DNA of 64,000 bases, from the NCBI RefSeq assembly GCF_009914755.1, contig NC_060940.1; one strand, given 5' to 3'. Position 1 is the first letter of the stretch, and every line of letters begins with the position of its first letter. Shown piece by piece: positions 60,762 to 64,000 of this stretch. Made by a program: the position numbers and the translations under genes. Below the pieces are notes generated by a model, which made no database searches, was not told the DNA's origin, and was given only the letters and a program-made list of their open reading frames with translations. This DNA comes from the human T2T-CHM13v2.0 reference genome, Homo sapiens.

Positions 60762-61124
60762 TGTATTGGTCTGTTCTCACCCTGCTAATAAAGACATACC
60801 CGAGACTGGGTAATTTATAAAGGAAAGAGGCTTAATGGACTCACAGTTCCACATGGCTTTGGAGGCCTCACAGTCATGGCGGAAGGCAAAGGAGGAGAAA
60901 AGTCATGTCTTACATGGCAGCAGGCAAGAGAGCTTGTGCGGGGGAGCTCCTCTTATAAAATCATCAGATCTTATGTGACGTATTCACTATCAAGAGAACA
61001 GCATGGGGAAGACCTGCCCCCATAATTCAATTACCTCCCACCAGGTCCCTCCCATGATACGTGAGAATTATGGGAGCTACAGTTCAAGGTGAGATTTGGG
61101 TGGGGACACAGCCAAACCATATCA
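60762..61124 (-). mobile_element. THE1 (B/C-like) MaLR solo LTR inserted in the TRAF7 pseudogene
   Basis: ctgctaataaagacatacccgagactgggtaatttataa...gatttgggtggggacacagccaaaccatatca. Confidence 0.93.
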
Positions 61125-61307
61125 GCATACGAGGGTCTTGTGTGCAGATCTGGCTGTTCCTGTTCCAGGTCCCAGGGGCAGAGGTGCCACATATAGAAGT
61201 CTTTGGTCTGTTCTGGAATGGAGATGACTATCAAGTCATATATAGTGCCCTACTGGCTATCAGTTCTGCACCTTCTCCTTGTGTTTGATGATTCACATGT
61301 GGATGAG

Positions 61308-61804
61308 TGTTATGGGCAGAATTATGCCTTTCTCAAAATATGTTGAAGTCCTAACACCCAGAACCAGTGAATGTAGCCTCATTTGGAAATAGAGTCTCTA
61401 CAGATGTGATCAAGTTAAGATGAAGTCATATTGGATAGGATGAGCCCTAATCCAATGATCGTTGTCATTACAAGAAGAGGGAAATTTGGACACAGACACA
61501 CTGAGAGAAGAATTCTTTGTGAAGACATCAAGACAAAAGAGACAAACGGATTGAATCCCATGTGACAACAGAAGCCGAGATTGCACTGATGCATCTACAA
61601 GTCAAAGAATGTCAAGGATTTCAGCAACCACCGGAAGTTAGGAAGAGGCAAGTAAGGATCCTCTCGTGAAACCTTCAGAGTATGACTCTGCTTACGCCTT
61701 GATTTTGTACTTCTCAGCTCCAGAACTGTGAGAGAATTAATTGCTGTTGTTATCAGTCAGCAGATTGTGGTACTTTGCTATGGCAAACTTAGGAAGCTAA
61801 CATA
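61308..61804 (+). mobile_element. MLT1B/C MaLR solo LTR inserted in the TRAF7 pseudogene
   Basis: tgttatggg...atatgttgaagtcctaac...caagttaagatga...ctccagaactgtgagagaat...ggaagctaacata. Confidence 0.88.
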
Positions 61805-62762
61805 CTGGGGTTCCCCTAGTTGCATAGATGGTGCAATGGTTTGTGATGGTGATGGTGTAGATCTTGCAGCTGGACGTCTGCAGGACATGCAAGCAGTTGA
61901 GGGTCTGGGTGTTTCAGATCTTGATGGTCTTGTAGGAGCCACTGTTCATGCTGCTGTGGGGCACCACTGGGTCCTGAGCTTACTGCTGGAGGCTGTTCAA
62001 CTCCTTTAGCTCCACATTGGTATTCATAATATTCCAGAATTTTTGGTCTTTTGGAACCCACTCAACAGCATTGTGTGCAGAGACCTGTGTGAACGTAAGA
62101 CTGCCATATGTGCTAACTGTGTTCACCTTATTCAGGCTCTGGATGTCCCAGATAATGATGATATCATCTGCAGAGCCACTCTAGGATTTGGTCTCTGGAT
62201 GCAAAGCTTCATCATCATACTAGCATTTCTTCTAGTGTATTCTGTCACTGGAGTTGGTAAATGAGGCCCATACTTTGATGTTTTAGATGAACCGCTGAAG
62301 AGTAGATCACTCATGGAATAGTTGTGACAGGTGGTGTCCTGGTGTCCCACCAGAAATTCTTTGCCCTTTAAAGTCTCTAGGGTCTTAGAATCTTAGGATC
62401 CCCCTGTGTAGGTATGTGTTTTCCTGGGATATTTCATCATTCAGCTTGGGCACATCCCACAAGAGCTCTATAGTGTCTTTGCTGAGTCTTAGGATCTCAT
62501 CCAATATGACAAACTTGAGGTGAACTTATTCTCCAGATGGCTTGTTTTTTCCTAGAACTTGCTCATTATGGAGCTCAGAAAGATGATCTCCTGCCCCTGC
62601 TGGCCACGTGCATCTTGTAGAAATGGCCTTTTTTCTGCTACAGAATTTCCTTCTGGACCTCAAGAACTCCTTCAGGCTTCAGAGCAGCATAGCTTCAAGT
62701 ATGGGTGCAGGTGCCTCTTGTAGGTGTCTGTTCCTCATAAACTTGCACCCATATTTGGAGTG

Positions 62763-62854
62763 TCTCCAACTACAGTCACGTTCTGAGGTACTGGAGGTTA
62801 ACTTAAACACATAATTTTTCTTTTTGGTGGAGAGACACAATTCAGTCCATTGCA
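62763..62854 (-). mobile_element. MLT1 (B/C-like) LTR 5'-terminal ~90 bp
   Basis: Reverse complement tgcaatggactgaattgtgtc...ccagtacctcagaacgtgactgtagttggaga matches the MLT1C start. Confidence 0.75.
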
Positions 62855-62937
62855 TGCAGATAAAGGGAGGACATGGCTCATAGAGGCCTGGAATTTCCCC
62901 CTGGTGGGTCTAGTGAAATGGGGAAGGGGTTGGGTGG

Positions 62938-62999
62938 CAAGGATATTATTGAGGAAATCAAGGATATCAAGGAAATCAAGGATATTATCAAGGAAATTG
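62938..62999. repeat. Short degenerate tandem repeat of ATCAAGGA(A/T)
   Basis: caaggatattattgaggaaatcaaggatatcaaggaaatcaaggatattatcaaggaaatt. Confidence 0.75.
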
Positions 63000-63379
63000 C
63001 AAAAATAAGAACCATGGACCAAATGCACCTAGCAAGGGAAATGAACATGTGAGGAGTGGGGTGGGGCTAGGGCACTATAAAAAAAAGGAAGATAGTCTAG
63101 GAACCAGTGACAAAATGTCTTGGTGAGGTCAACAAAGGAAGCAGTTGAATCGTCAAGTTGGAGGGATAGGAGCCTGTGGCTGAAGGGAGGCATGATTATT
63201 TTAGTAATTTCCCGGGTGATTTTAATAGCTTTCATGGTATATAATTTCCATGAGTGGGTTTATCTCTTTATAAATCAGACATGCTTGCCCTTTTCAAGTC
63301 TTCCAGAATGTGCCATTTTCAAGACAGTGATGATCCTCAGTATTACCTCCAACCTCAGTGAAAAGCTGCAGTCCTCGGT

Positions 63380-63890
63380 GTGCCTTTGTTTGCAAGTAAC
63401 AGAGGATCATTCAAACTAGGCTACAGAAAAAAATAAAAAAGAAAAGGAAGGGCACTTTATTATATGGACTCAAAGATAGAAAATGGAAGTTAATAAGAAA
63501 TAGAGCCAGACTTCTCAAGAGGCTAGAACCAGAAATTGAAAACCCAGCAGGGACGAGACACTAGGACCAATAATCAGAAAGCCATTGAGATCCAACGTAG
63601 CTGCTCTCAGACTCTTTCTTGGAGCCATTTGGTCTTTCTGTGTGTCAGTTGCATAGAAAGCCACACGGTCCTACAAACTGGCTTTCTCCTTGTCCGAGCC
63701 AGTAAGGGATCAGCTCCATAATAGTGTCAGAGTTTGCAATTCCTTCGTTCAAGCAATAAGCAGAGAGTGACTGCCATCCATACCCTGATCGACACCTGCA
63801 GGTGTCTATGACCCAGGCAGATGTCATTTAGGTGGGACAGGGAAGGCCACAGCATTCACTGACAAGTCAGAATACAGTTCCCCAAATTCC
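63380..63890 (-). mobile_element. Old MLT1-type LTR remnant
   Basis: ctttgtttgcaagtaacagagg...ttcaaactaggct start typical of MLT1J-N. Confidence 0.45.
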
Positions 63891-64000
63891 TTTGAAGACT
63901 TTCCTGTCTTTCAAAACTTACTGTTAATTGTCAATGTAATAAACAGAATAATGCTGTCTTCACAAAAAAAAAAAAAAACAACAACAAGCTTTTGGTTTCT

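Larger units (their letters stand above)
60615..62762 (-). pseudogene. TRAF7 (pseudogene): Processed (intronless) TRAF7 pseudogene covering the end of the zinc-finger region, coiled coil, WD40 repeats and start of 3'UTR; 5'-truncated, many stops and frameshifts, interrupted by two LTRs
   Basis: Minus-strand translation across frameshifts gives [144 protein letters not shown], QICTQ. These are collinear with recalled human TRAF7 ([149 protein letters not shown], MICTQ). Segments 62762-61805, 61307-61125 and 60761-60682 sum to ~1220 bp, about the ~410 codons expected with no introns. Confidence 0.92.

Noticed and set aside
61816-62061. ORF with a poly-His tract (LQDLHHHHHKPLHH)
   Set aside because: Out-of-frame reading of the TRAF7 pseudogene; the true frame reads LHVLQTSSCKIYTITITNH.
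62860-63200. Continuation of TRAF7 homology (RING/zinc finger) beyond the MLT1 fragment
   Set aside because: I could not find TRAF7-like peptides there on inspection.

Overview
This is primate (human-like) nuclear DNA, intronic or intergenic, and dominated by transposon relics: AluJ/S/Y and FAM, old L1M and younger L1PA fragments, L2, many MIRs, MaLR/ERVL/ERV1 solo LTRs, and Tigger1, Tigger2a, MER102, MER58A, MER5A and MER20 DNA transposons. I found no intact protein-coding gene, RNA gene or CRISPR array; the listed ORFs I could trace are repeat-derived or chance frames. The main find is a heavily decayed, intronless retrocopy of TRAF7 on the minus strand (~60615-62762, about residues 261-670 plus the start of the 3'UTR). 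It is split into three pieces by an MLT1 and a THE1 LTR and fused at its 5' end to a short MLT1 LTR fragment, so it is barely visible in the ORF track. Other observations: a ~138-bp direct duplication of non-repeat sequence 2 kb apart, a trimeric AluJ apparently built by intra-element duplication, a ~190-bp duplication inside a near-full-length ancient L1, a perfect DUX4 motif in a TSD-flanked THE1/MST LTR, several repeat-free motif-dense blocks (candidate enhancers), and a strong minus-strand bias of L1. I see no evidence of a new biological system. Repeat subfamily names and the TRAF7 alignment come from recalled consensus and protein sequences and need RepeatMasker/BLAST confirmation. Coordinates of old repeats are approximate.
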